A DNA stretch of 64,000 bases, from positions 20,460,001 through 20,524,000 of the forward strand of contig OX597820.1 in assembly GCA_951406725.2 (NCBI GenBank), read 5' to 3'. The stretch is from Octopus vulgaris. Lineage: Eukaryota. Both the position numbers and the translations under genes were made by a program. Position 1 is the stretch's first letter. Each line of letters opens with the position of its first letter. Of this stretch, positions 1 through 12,283 are shown in pieces. Below the pieces are notes generated by a model. That model did not search any database and had not been told where the DNA came from. It saw only the letters and a program-made list of their open reading frames with translations.

Positions 1-815
1 GAGTCACTACTCCCCGGCGCACAGATCTGGGTATAAGCCCGTTCTGCTGCCAGTTCGCGTAGACCTCCGCCAGTAGGTGCCCGAACAAGTCTGGCATACT
101 CTTATATAACTCATAGGGTAGACCATCCAAACCCGGCGCCTTGCCCGCGCCGCAGTCCGCCATTGCCTCAATCACCTCCTCAGGCGTGATTGGCCCTTCA
201 CAGCCCTCCGCATCTCGCCCCGATAAGCGCGGCAGCCCGTCGAGAAGGTCCGTAAAGGCCCTCCTCCTATCCAGTCCGCCGCACTCACCGAAAAGCTGAG
301 CGAAGTGCTCCTGAAAGGCCTCACACATCTCCTCGGGCTCGTTTATCAACTCACCTTGTTGGTTCGTCAAAGATCGAATCGTGGCATCGTTACCATGCTG
401 AGCTTCCACCACTCGGGCCCATCTCACGGCGTTGATTCCTTCACATCCCATATGGCGGATTCTAGCCCTGACAATGCAGCCCATGTGTTTGGCCTCGAGG
501 TGCTGGTTTAACACCAGTCTCTTGGACGCCACCTGAGCCGCAGAGCCAGTTTTCAGGGCTTCCTCTAATTCCTTAACTAGAGTAGTTTCCCTTCTAGCCT
601 CTCTAGCCACTACTCCTATGCTATATCTAATAGACTCAAACTTGATGGCTCTTTTGAGGGCGTACCACCATTTGTTATTAATGATGGTACCAGATAGTGC
701 CCTCTGAATTATATCCCTAATCCGGTCTTTGTACTCCTTAATCGCCAAAAGGGACGTATTAAGTTTCCAGTAACCGGATCCTCTATTTTTAACCTTATCT
801 ATGTCAAGCTTACAA
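1..815 (-). mobile_element. L1/Tx1-clade non-LTR retrotransposon ORF2 fragment (post-endonuclease linker to RT start), 5'-truncated, runs off window start
   Basis: Manual minus-strand translation is open for ~270 codons: GSGYWKLNTSLL (~781-746) ... EGPITPEEV ... GKAPGLDGLPYELYK ... IPRSVRRGVVTL, typical L1/Tx1 ORF2 motifs. Confidence 0.9.
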
Positions 816-907
816 GGTGGCTAGCGGTCACGTGAGAACAAAAGACAGGAGAAAGGGACAGATGAAAAGAGAGAGAAGGTGGACGAGGGAGGAGAAGAAA
901 GAGACAG

Positions 908-1233
908 ATCGAGAAAAAATATTTTCTCGAAAAAATCTTTATCACTGTCCAGCATATTAAAAAATACCTTTAACGGTTAAATTTATAAACAATTCATAAA
1001 TGAGGGCAAAGGAAAAAAATTCTAATGCCAAAGATGCCGAAAAATTGGACATATTGTCCATTAACCATATAATTTTTTCACAATACGCACGTTACTCGAA
1101 AAAAGGCCGACAGAAATTTCTAAAAAATTCCATTATTACCATATCGGACCGATTTCAGAGTTAGCTACTAAGAGCCCTCTCTTCGTCAGTGATACATGTG
1201 GCAAAAGAAATAAATGAGATACTTACTCATACC

Positions 1234-1235
<2 letters not shown>
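908..1235 (-). mobile_element. (TA)n-anchored repeat family A (probable Penelope-like pseudo-LTR) carrying a hammerhead motif
   Basis: Near-identical to 4951-5117, 26559-26910 and (inverted) 27036-27254; abuts (TA)n. Confidence 0.7.
1137..1194 (-). ncRNA. Type I hammerhead ribozyme motif
   Basis: Minus strand: stem I TATCA/TGGTA, core CTGACGA, stem II AGAG..CTCT (inner GGCT/AGCT), GAAA, palindromic stem III ATCGG-T-CCGAT, cleavage triplet AUA. Confidence 0.8.
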
Positions 1236-1276
<41 letters not shown>

Positions 1277-1279
<3 letters not shown>

Positions 1280-1659
1280 TCTTTTATTTGTTTCAGTCAT
1301 TTGACTGCGGTTATGCTGGAGCACCGCCTTTAGTCGAACAAATCAGCCCCAGAACTTATTCTTTCTAATCCTAGTACTTATTCTATCTCTAAGTTACGGA
1401 GAAGTAAACACACCAGCATCGGTTGTCAAGCGACGGTGGTGGTGGGGACAAACACAGACACACAAACACTCACTCACATATATATATACATATATCCGAC
1501 AGGCTTCTTTTAGTTTCCGTCTACCAAATCCACTCACAAGGCTTTGGTCGACCCGAGACTATAGTAGAAGACACTATATGCCCAAGGTGCCACGTAGTGG
1601 AACTGAACCCGGAACCATGTGGGTGGTAAGCAAGATACCACACAGCCACGTCTGCGCCT
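1277..1659 (-). mobile_element. SINE family 1 (tRNA head + CORE-like segment + internal (TA)n/(TG)n + 3' module, (GTAAAAGA)n tail)
   Basis: Matches >20 other copies in the window; A/B-box-like TGGCTGTGTGGT and GGTTCAGTTCC. Confidence 0.85.
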
Positions 1660-1886
1660 ACATACATACATACATGCATGCATGCATGCATGCATGCATG
1701 CATGCATGCATGCATGCATGCATGCGTACATACATACATACATACATACATACATACATACATACATACATACATACATACATACATACATACATACATA
1801 CATACATACATACATACATACATACATACATACATACATACATACATACATACATACATACATACATACATACATACATACATACA

Positions 1887-1915
<29 letters not shown>
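1660..1915. repeat. (CATG)n + (CATA)n microsatellite
   Basis: Direct reading; source of MYVC/HTYI ORFs. Confidence 0.95.
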
Positions 1916-1917
<2 letters not shown>

Positions 1918-1961
1918 GCTAATGATTCTGCCAGCTCACCGCCTTTATTCTTTTCTATACT

Positions 1962-2139
1962 ATGCACAAGATCCGAAACTTTTGGTCGACCCAGAACGCA
2001 ACAGGTACTTAATTTATCGACCCCGGAAGGATGAAAGGCAAAGTCGACTTCGGCGAAATTTGAACTCAGAACGTAAAAACAGACGAAATACCGATAAGCA
2101 TTTCGTCCGGCGTACTAACGGTTCTGCCAGCTCGCCGCC
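1962..2139 (-). mobile_element. SINE family 2 (tRNA-like head + GCCTTTCATCCTTTCGGGGTCGATAAA domain)
   Basis: Matches 6731-7290, 21870-22286, 51637-52250; more decayed copies at ~2680-2990, 3985-4129, 5290-5720, 41694-41826, 52310-52780, 61494-61705. Confidence 0.8.
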
Positions 2140-2393
2140 ATAGCAGCAACATATAATTTAAAATGATGCTAAGAGTACGCTAAATATTGCACGATACCTG
2201 GGAACAACAGACAGGATGATTTTGAATGGTGCACTTTTGATAATAAGACTACTCAACGAACACCAATAACAAAAGCAACATCATTCATTTATGGGATTAT
2301 ATATTTGGGTGATTATATCCCAATAAACTGGTGACTTCGACGTTGCCAGATAACATCTTTGGTTGTCTAATCAATAAACAAATTATTATATAA

Positions 2394-2650
2394 CTAGCTG
2401 GCCCCGTGCCGTCAAAGATGACGGATAATTGTAGTATTCTATATGTAAATATGGATGGTAAATCAAATTAATACACTCGTCAATGTTCACATACATTCAG
2501 ATACACACATATACTCACACAGAGCTGAAACGCCGTTTGATTTTTCTTTCCAGCGTTGAATGTCCACCATCCCACAAGTTTGCCATCATCCCTTCCTTCC
2601 TTATTTATATGCTGTGACGGAGAAAAACGCAAGAGTATTATTATACTAGA
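2394..2650 (-). mobile_element. Non-autonomous Helitron
   Basis: Minus strand A|TC start, subterminal hairpin CCGTCA-TCTT-TGACGG, CTAG|T end. Confidence 0.65.
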
Positions 2651-3373
2651 TTCTGTCTACTGTAGGCAGAAAGTCGGTTTTATCGATCCCAGTGCGTTTC
2701 TGGTATATATTTTATAGACCACGGGAAAGTGGAAGTCAAATTCAACTTCGGTAGCATTTGAACTCAGAACGTAAAGAACCTGAAGAGATGCTGCTAAACA
2801 TTTTGTCCGACGTGCTAACGATTCTGCCATGTCGCCGCCTTTAACAAATTGGTTTCAAGTTTTGGCACAAGGCCAGCAAATTTCGGGGGAGGGGTAAGTC
2901 GATTATGTCGACCCCAGTGTTTCACTAGTACTTGATTTATCGGCCCCGAAAGGATGAAAGACAAACTCAATCTCGGCAGTATTTGAACTCAAGATTACGT
3001 GAACAATGTTTTCGAATAATTGTTCGAAAACAATTATTCGAAAACCATTTATTCGAATGGAGAATTGTATGAATTAAAATTATTCAAAAGGGCAATTATA
3101 CGAAATGCAGTGGGACTGAACCCGGAACCATGTGGTTCGTAAGCAATTTCTTACGAACTCTTATTATATAGTAACTGCGAGTTAGCAGAATCGTTAGCGC
3201 GTCGGACAAAATGCTTTGTTGTGTTTCTTCCGGATCTTTACGTTCTGAGCTCCGTTTCATGAAAATTATTCGAAAACAATTATTGGAAAAACAGTTATTC
3301 GAAATAAATACCATTCGTGTACTTCAGTTTTAGTTTTATCATTTTGATTTAAATAAAATTAATAACGTATCTC

Positions 3374-3773
3374 CTTTACTTGTTTCAGTCATTTGACTGC
3401 GGCAATGCTGGAGCACCGCCTTTTAGTCGAGCAACTCGACCCCGGGACTTATACTTTTTGTGAGCCCAGTACTTATTACATCGGTCTCTTTTTGCCGAAC
3501 CGCTAAGTTACGGGGACGTAAACACACCAGCATCGGTTGTCAAGCAATGCTAGGGGAACAAAGACAGACCCCAAACACACACACAAACATATATATATTT
3601 ACATATATACGACAGGCTTCTTTCAGTTTCCGTCTACCAAATCCACTCACAAGGCATTGGTCGGCCCGGTGCTATAGCAGAAGACACTTGCCCAAGATGC
3701 CACGCAGTGGGACTGAACCCAGAACCATGTGGTTGGTTAGCAAGCTACTTACCACACAGCCACTCCTGCGCCT
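3374..3773 (-). mobile_element. SINE family 1, full length
   Basis: Complete head to tail match to family. Confidence 0.9.
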
Positions 3774-4586
3774 ATTATATAAACCCCAACAGGATGAAAA
3801 GCAAGCATGACTTTGAGCTCAGAACGTAGAGTCAGAATAAATGTCGCGAGTTATCTTGCCCCGAGCGATTCCGCCGGCTCGCAACCTTTTAAATTTAGTA
3901 TTAACTATAAACTTCCATTTCACGAATTAACAAAGGAGCGTCAACGTAGTTGCCAGACCTGCTAGAAATAGCAGCCGTATATACTTTTCTACTCTAGGTA
4001 CAAGGCCCGAAATTTTGGGGGCGGGGGCCAGTCGATTAGATCGACTCCAGTACACAACTGGTACTTATTTAATCGACCCCGAAAGGATGAAAGGCAAAGT
4101 CGACCTCGGCGGAATTTGAACTCAGAACGTGGTGGTCCGAGAAGAGGGGAAGAAGGAGGGAACCCACCGGCTGTTGCAGGCGGCACTCACTCTTGCTAAG
4201 TCACTGAGAAGATTTAATGTTTTAGATAGGAAAAAAAAAGAAGAAAGCTAAACAAAACAAAACAAAATTTAATTTCCACTCATAAATCCACACACGTTGT
4301 TTTACGTAAATATGACATTTGCCCAGACGCATTTAAAGATTGATTGCTTTTCATCGAAGACGTCTCAAGCTGTGGTTTTTTGCGACGCCATAACCGATAT
4401 GCCGTTCAACTATGTAGCATTTTCTGACCTACAACGAGTGAATTGTTCAAGGGTTTGAGCGTTTTCTCCGTACAATGTCTATATTTGCTGTCATGTTTTA
4501 GAATATTTCTAAAAAATAATATTTCGAATACTTGAGATATTATATTATATATGACACACAACATGAGTAAGTAATAAGTGTGGCCG

Positions 4587-4628
<42 letters not shown>

Positions 4629-4890
4629 TTTCCTTTCCCTTTTTTCCTCACACCCCTTGTTTAAAGTTTATTTTATCCCCCCCCCTTTTTTTGTCCTCTT
4701 TCTTTCCATTTACGATCCCTTTTGATAGAAAACCAAACCCCCTTCTTTTACCCCCAAAAGAAAAGCTCTACCTTGTAATTTTGTCATGTCTGTGTGCAGC
4801 CCTGTGTGGCTAATAAAGAAACATATCTATCTATCTTATCTTTACAGGCAAAGGTTGACAGTGGGCCATCTACCTGTCTATCAGTCTATA

Positions 4891-4942
<52 letters not shown>

Positions 4943-4950
4943 CATATATA

Positions 4951-5117
4951 TCAAATGTGAGGATAAAATTCTTTTCGAAAAAAAATATTTTCTCGAAAAA
5001 ATCTTTATCAATGTCCAGCATATTAAAAAATACCTTTAACGGTTAAATTTATAAACAATTCATAAATGAGGGCAAAGGAAAAAAATTCTAATGCCAAATA
5101 TGCCGAAAAATTGGACA
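4951..5117 (-). mobile_element. Repeat family A fragment next to (TA)n
   Basis: Near-identical to 26559-26727 and 908-1050. Confidence 0.7.
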
Positions 5118-5735
5118 TGATGAGGACAAATATCCGTCAAACGTAAATAATGTAAATAATGTATCTTACTATTCAGACACGCCTGTACCTATAAACATTC
5201 CCGCTTACACCTATGGTTAAAATAATTGAAAATCTCTTTTTCTGTATACAATGTAATCATTATTGTATTATTTAATTTGTCATTAGGGTGGAAAGTTGAT
5301 AGACTCATTAGCACGCTGGATTAAATGCTTAGCGGTGTTTCTTCAGAGTTCAGGTTCTGAATTCAAATTTCGTTACGGTCGACTTTGCGTCTCCTCCTTT
5401 CGGGGTCGATAAAATAAGTACCAGCTGAACACAGGGATCGATGTAATCGACTAGTTCACCAATATTTCAGATCTCGTGCTTATAGTAGAAAGCGTACTTC
5501 CATATATCGTGAGATAGTTCTGAGGCATTAGTACGCCGGACAAAAGACTTAGCAACGTTTCGTCAGTCTTTTCGTTCTGAGTTCAATTCCCACCATAGTC
5601 GACTTCGATTTTCCTCCATTCGGGGTCAATAAAATAAATACCAATGGAGCACTGGGTCGGTGTCATCGACCTCCTCTCCCCCTAAATTGCTGGCCTTGTG
5701 CCATAATTTGAAACCAGTATTATTTTTATCACATA

Positions 5736-6110
5736 CTAGCAGTATCGCCCGGCGTTGCTCGGGTTTGTTTCGACTCTTTAGAATTGAAATTTTTGAAAAG
5801 TAAAAATTTTGCATTATGTAGCTTGTTATTCTCTTTAAGTGAACATTTTTCTGGCTGAAATACACCGAAAAATGGCGACACAGCAGTAAAAAAATCGTAA
5901 AAAATAGGAATTTTCATAGAAAAAAAGCACCTTTTTGATGTAAATAATTTTTGGTGTTAACATGGTCCAATTTGAATTTTATCTTCTACGGAAGGAACAG
6001 CAAGCCTTCTTCTATCATACTCTCAATTTTGGTCAACTCTCGGAGGAGATAGTGTTAGTTGAAGGCTAGCAAACCTGCCATACACAGACAACTTTATATA
6101 TATATATAGA
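5736..6110 (-). mobile_element. Non-autonomous Helitron
   Basis: Minus strand TC(TA)n start; end CCCGAGCAACGCCGGGCGATACTG-CTAG|T (hairpin + CTAG). Confidence 0.7.
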
Positions 6111-6730
6111 AATTTTGATCTATGAATCAAAATATTTCATGTCTATTCACGCATTCTTTCATGGACAGTAAATGCAACTACAATGCGACGTTTAAGATAT
6201 TGTCATTTGTAAATTCAGCAAAATACTTTTATCCTCCCTGTTCCCGAATGTTCTGTGATTCAAATTTAATTAGAAATCAGATATCGAACGTAGATATTAT
6301 ATGATATCTATAACCAAATTTAATGTCGTTGCATGTACATAGTAAATAGTGAGTAGGTGAATACTAAACAGTTGACTTTTGAATAAGAAATATAATACGT
6401 TGTGGTAATATAAACATTAACAATATAATTATTCATTAATAAATTTAAGAGCTCTGTGCTGGTGATAGAGTAAATATCGAAACCTAATCGTGGAAACTGA
6501 AGATAACTTAGATTACTAACCTTTTACATTCTAATGATATCAACGTTTTCTCACTTAAATGACAAACAGAGTCGTTTATATGACATTTGCTTACATATTC
6601 TGTTAATCAAATTGACTCCCAACAATATATTTGTTATGTATCAATTACATATTGACATTAACCCTCGATGAAAATGCTTGGAGTTGATCAGATTCAATGT
6701 TTGGCGATGCAGTATACATAAAATGAAGCA

Positions 6731-7290
6731 AGGCGGTGAGCTGGCAGAATCGTTAGCACGCCGGGCGAAATGCTTTGCGGTATTTCGTCTGCCGCTGCGT
6801 TCTGAGTTCAAATTCCGCCGAGGTCGACTTTGCTTTTCATCCTTTCGGGGTCAATAAATTAAGTACCAGTTACGCACTGGGGTCCATGTAATCGACTTAA
6901 TCCGTTTGTCTGTCCTTGTTTGTCCTCTCTGTGTTTAGCACTTTGTAGGTAGTAAAGAAATAGGTACTTCGTCTGTCGTTACGCACTGAGTTCAAATTCC
7001 GCCGAGGTGGACTTTGCCTTTCATCCTTTCGGGGTTGATAAACTAAGTACCAGTTACGCACTGGGGTTGATGGAATCAACTTAATCCGTTTGTCTGCTAG
7101 AATCGTCATCACGCCGGGCCAAATGTTTAGCGGCATTTCGTCCGTTTTTACGATCTGAGTTCAAATTCGGCCGAGGTCAATTTTGTCTTTCATCTTTTCT
7201 TAGTTGATAAAAAAAGCACCAGTTAAAACACTGGGTCGATGTAATCGACTTACCCCTCTTCCAAAATTACTGGCTCCCCCAAAATTTGAA
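6731..7290 (+). mobile_element. SINE family 2, tandem/compound copy
   Basis: B-box GAGTTCAAATTCC plus central domain repeated three times. Confidence 0.85.
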
Positions 7291-7370
7291 ACAAATGTTT
7301 AAGATGGTAGGGTGTTATTTGAAGAGTATATTGATGGTATTTCTAGCAGACTAAAATACCAACTTAAAGG

Positions 7371-7757
7371 AAGCACTCCGTCGGTTACGACGATGAGGGT
7401 TCCGGTTGATCCGAATCAACGGAACAGCCTGCTCGTGAAATTAACGTGTAAGTGGCTGAGCACTCCGCATACACGTGCACCCTTAACGTAGTTCTCGGGG
7501 ATATTCAGCGTGACACAGAGAGTGACAAGGCCGGCCCCTTGAAATACAGGTACAACAGAAACAGGAAGTAAGAGAAAGTTGTGGTGAAAGAGTACAGCAG
7601 GGATCACCACCATTCCCTGCCGGAGCCTCGTGGAGCTTCGTGGAGCTTTTAGGTGTTTTCGCTCAATAAACACTCACAACGCCCGGTCTGGGAATCGAAA
7701 CCGCGATCTTATGGCCGCGAGTCCGCTGCCCTAACCACCGGGCCATTGCGCCTCCAC
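7371..7757 (-). mobile_element. SINE family 3 (tRNA-Arg(TCG)-like head)
   Basis: Head GGCGCAATGGCCC..GGACTCGCGG..TTCGATTCCC; TSD AAAATACCAACT; matches 55753-56132 and 61059-61428. Confidence 0.9.
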
Positions 7758-8170
7758 AAAATACCAACTAGGTTCTGTCGTTAGACTGTGATGTCATTGC
7801 TTTTGTTAAAGAGAGGAGTTTGACACTGAAAATCTAATACGTAGAACTGAGTCACTGTTTTGAAGTGGAGCGCTTATCATTTATAAGTACTTTATGTAGT
7901 GTTCCAGCTTTTAAATACTCTGAACTATGTCTACATTATTTAGTTCAAATATCACTCACGCTCTTGGTCCTCCTCAAAGTTATCCCTCCACTGATCTATG
8001 TTCTAAGCCTTCTTCTCCAGTAACACCGCCCCCGCCACCCTGTTCTCTCTAGATCTTTTTACTTCGTTCTTCAGGTCATCGTTGCCAGGAGATCTTTTGT
8101 CTTTCTCTCTTTCGTATTAGAGGAATCCATCAGGAGTGTTGCCTGGTGGTAGTGTACAGAACTTCTGAAA

Positions 8171-8335
8171 GCGTAGGAGTAGCTGTGTGGTAAGTAGCTT
8201 GCTTACTAACCACATGGTTCTGGGTTCAGTCCCACTACGTGGCACCTTTGGAAAGTGTCTTCTACTATAGCCTCGGGCCCACCAAAGCCTTGTGAGTGGA
8301 TATGATAGACGAAAGAAACTGAAAGAAGCCCGTCG

Positions 8336-8393
<58 letters not shown>

Positions 8394-8596
8394 TGTGTGT
8401 CTGTGTTTGTTTCCCCAACATTGCTTGACAACCGATGCTGGTGTGTTTATGTCCCCGTAACTTAGCGGTTGGGCAAAAGACCCCGATAGAATAAGTACTA
8501 ACCTTACAAGAAATAAGTCCTGGGGTCGATTTGCTCGACTAAAGGCGGTGCTCCAGCATGGCCACAGTCAAATGATTGAAACAAGTAAAAGAGTAA
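8171..8596 (+). mobile_element. SINE family 1, full length
   Basis: Family match. Confidence 0.9.
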
Positions 8597-8762
8597 GGTG
8601 TATCCAATCCAGCATCATTGTTCCCTGTTTGATCTTCGTATCATTGATGTTTACTTCCAGAAGGCTACAAAACATCTTTTCGAAAGATCAGCCCTAGATA
8701 TTTTCCTAACCATGCGGCAGTAATTTATAAACATCTGTATCTTCTTGAAGATGACTTTCGTC

Positions 8763-8797
<35 letters not shown>

Positions 8798-8846
8798 AAT
8801 ACTAAATTTCTAAATCTCTCGTAGAGACATGTACGGTGGTGGGGCG

Positions 8847-9030
8847 ATAGAATGGTTGTATACTCTCAATCTAACACGAACGTGATAATAGGGGGTACAC
8901 CACCGCTGTTTAGCCCTAGGAAGCATCGACGATGTGTCAAAGCCATCAGGAGGCGTCGATGCTTCCTAGAGCTAAACACCGGTGGTGTACCCCCTATTGT
9001 CACGTTCGTGTTAGATTGACAGTATACAAC

Positions 9031-9038
<8 letters not shown>
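8847..9038. repeat. Fold-back inverted repeat (85-bp arms, 22-nt loop) ending in (TA)n
   Basis: 8847-8931 is the reverse complement of 8954-9038 with ~5 mismatches. Confidence 0.9.
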
Positions 9039-9066
<28 letters not shown>

Positions 9067-9180
9067 AAAAGTGTTTTATGTTTCGAGCCTACGCTCTTCA
9101 ACAGAAAGAAATAAGAGAAAATAAACAGAGAGAGAATCAGAAAAACTTGTGTAGATTTCAGCGGTCCAACATGGCGAATG

Positions 9181-9309
<129 letters not shown>

Positions 9310-9885
9310 ATGTATGTATGTATGTATATATTCAGTTGGTCATTTGTGATTGTACACAACAGAACCGGAGTATAAATCTGTGTTTACTTTAGTAAGTACG
9401 AGTTTGTCTTCAAATATTGTTTGCTCACGTTAGCGATGTCACTGACCCAACCTTGGTGCTTTAGTATTTTAGGACCTATTCGCTTGAATCCTGAAATGTA
9501 TACGCGCGCACACACACACATATACATACATATACATATCACTGTCGGCGGCAGCGTTAGCTCGTATCCGAGTATTAGATATGTAACTAGTAATTAAGGT
9601 TCTTCATCTTGATGGGTGCGAAGGGTGTCGATGTCTGAGGTGGCGATAAATGCTCGGGGCATTTATCGCAGTGGAGAGTTGGTGGGGAAAGAACGTCTCT
9701 TTGCATCTTCGACGTTTGAACTCTCCCTCTTGACGTCTATTATGCGACGAACTTCCGTGTATCAAATTTACTCACAAGGCAACGTGCCAATCCGGGGCAT
9801 TAGCAGAAAACTCTTCTCCAAGATACTGTACAATAGGATCGAACCCGAACTCGCATGGCTTCAATACGTTCTTCTTAGCCACTTA

Positions 9886-10265
9886 ATTTGTCTTATGAAG
9901 AAAGGCTGAAGACGCTCGACCTTTATTCTCTAGAAAAACGCCGCCGCCGTGGTGATCTCATTCTCGCTCACAACATCATAATCGGAAAGTGTAACCTCTC
10001 GAAAGAGCTGTTCTTCACTCTTGCTCCAGAGCGTCGGTTTCATCTCAATCGAAGGAGAGGAGCTTTCTCCGTCTGGGTTGCGGATCCGTGGAACAAGCTG
10101 CCAGACGAGATGGTGAAGAAGCCGACGACCGCTTTGTTCAAAGTCTCCCTTGACCTCAAGTGGCCTGAACTCTTTACATGAACACCACCCTGTACTTAAC
10201 TTCACGTCTCCCTACATGGCCTTGCTCTTTGTCTTTTGAGCCAAAAAATTAACTAACTAACTAAC
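9886..10265 (+). mobile_element. CR1-type LINE 3' fragment with (TAAC)n tail
   Basis: LSYEERLKTLDLYSLEKRRRRGDLI..WNKLP; 33-bp internal deletion relative to the 18972 copy. Confidence 0.9.
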
Positions 10266-10480
10266 CATGACTATTGTCAGAAATTATTTCTGGACCTTGA
10301 ACATTATTAAGCATGTTCACATGATTGAAAACAACATTGTGACTTGAAATAGGGCCGAGGTCTGCCTCCTCGTTCATCCTTTCCAGGTCAACATAATAAA
10401 GCATCAGCCAATTACAAGAGATTTAATCAACCATTTCATCTCCCCCATTTTCTTTTTTTACTTTTGTACTTATGTTAGAG

Positions 10481-10790
10481 TGGGGGCACATGACCTAGTG
10501 ATTAGAGAAGCGGACTCGCGGTCAAGGGATCGCGGGCTCGAATCTCAGACCGGGCGATGTGTGTGTTTATGAGTGAAACACATAAGCTCCACGCGGCTCT
10601 GGCAGAAGGTAAAGGCGAACTTCTGCTGACTCTTTCGACCCAACTTTCTCTCACTCTTTCCTCCTGCATCTTGCAGCTCACCTGCGACGGACTGGCGTCA
10701 TGTCCAGGTAGGGAACCTATACGCCAAAGAAACCGGGAAACCGGCCCTTATCAACCAGGCGTGGCTCGAGTTGGAACAAACAATAAACAA
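10481..10790 (+). mobile_element. SINE family 3 variant (different 3' tail)
   Basis: Same tRNA-Arg-like head and GCTCCACG segment; (AAC)n-like tail. Confidence 0.75.
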
Positions 10791-10883
10791 CTTATGCTAG
10801 AAACAAATATTATACATGGTTGTTTTTTGACAACTTTTTCCGCCTTATAAGGGTAAAAATACCCAATTATTCTGCTGTTTTAA

Positions 10884-11103
10884 CCCTTTTGTTATCATAT
10901 TTCTGTCAACATATGTTGCCGTTGTTTCAATTAATTTCTAAAGTTATGAAATATTTAGTAAAATATCTTTATCATTATTAAGATGGGGTCTGGAACAAAT
11001 TAGCAAACCATTTTGATGGAAGATTAAAATTCTGACTACTTAAAAGCAGCAAGTTTATGTCAGAGAACCTCGGACAGTCGCGGGCAGGTTGGTATCAAAA
11101 GGG
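10884..11103. mobile_element. piggyBac-type MITE
   Basis: TTAA TSD (10880-83, 11104-07); TIRs CCCTTTTGTTATCA / TGGTATCAAAAGGG. Confidence 0.8.
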
Positions 11104-11554
11104 TTAACGGCGATACTGCGTTCGAAATATCACCTTCTTGTTTGTATCGTACGCTACACATTCGACGCTTCTAAAAACAAATATAATTTTGTGTATATAC
11201 ACACGTAATTGTTAAATATTATACATGCTTTTATACCTTTAATTAATTCATATTGAAACTGGAACTAAACCTCGAATCACGAACGCTCATCTTTTAAAAC
11301 TCATTTACGTTTTATAAAAATGCTTGCCCAGTTGTACAAACTATTAGTTCGCGTGCCAGTATTGAGTTCTGTTCAATTCCAGACTTCAAATTTTTCCAAG
11401 GTTTAATTCTATTTTAATCTCTGTCCAAGATATTTTTACCATTTAGATGCATTTATATACTGGATTCACTAAAACGCCTGTACTTCTCTACGCCTATTTC
11501 TTCAAAGGATGACATTTTCTGCCAAGTCAAATAATAAAATCAATAAGTATGTTT

Positions 11555-11564
11555 CATACACGCG

Positions 11565-11612
<48 letters not shown>

Positions 11613-11970
11613 CACACACACATACGCACGCACACACACACATACATACAAACATACATACATACATGCATACATACATACATATATACATACATACATA
11701 CATACATACATACATACATACATACATACACGTGTATATATCTATTCATATATATGTATGAGTGCGTGTGTCTGTATATATATTTATATATATATGTACA
11801 TACATATATGCATATACATAAATGCGCACACACGTACGTGTGTTTATGTGTACATATATGTCAATGTATATATTTATATGTATGTATATCTATGTATATG
11901 TATGTGTGTATGTATACACACATTCAAACACACATATATATATATGCATGTGTAAGTGTGTTTTGTATGT

Positions 11971-12005
<35 letters not shown>

Positions 12006-12241
12006 GTATGTACGTATGTGTGCGTGTCTGTGTGTGTTTGTGTGTGTAATTATGAACATTGCTATTAGTTCTTCGGAAATCAAAAGAAAAAGACAAGAAC
12101 AACAACAATTACATCAGCCGGATATTTAAATTATATTATTTAGGTGCAAAAACTCTAATAATACATTTAATTCGAATTCTACGAACGAATTAATACATTG
12201 ATGTTTGGTGGTACTTTTTGAGTATTTACATATGGTTATGT

Positions 12242-12283
<42 letters not shown>

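Noticed and set aside
3460-3810. Recurrent ORFs such as [18 protein letters not shown] and PRKDERQSR
   Set aside because: Antisense translations of SINE families 1 and 2, not a gene family
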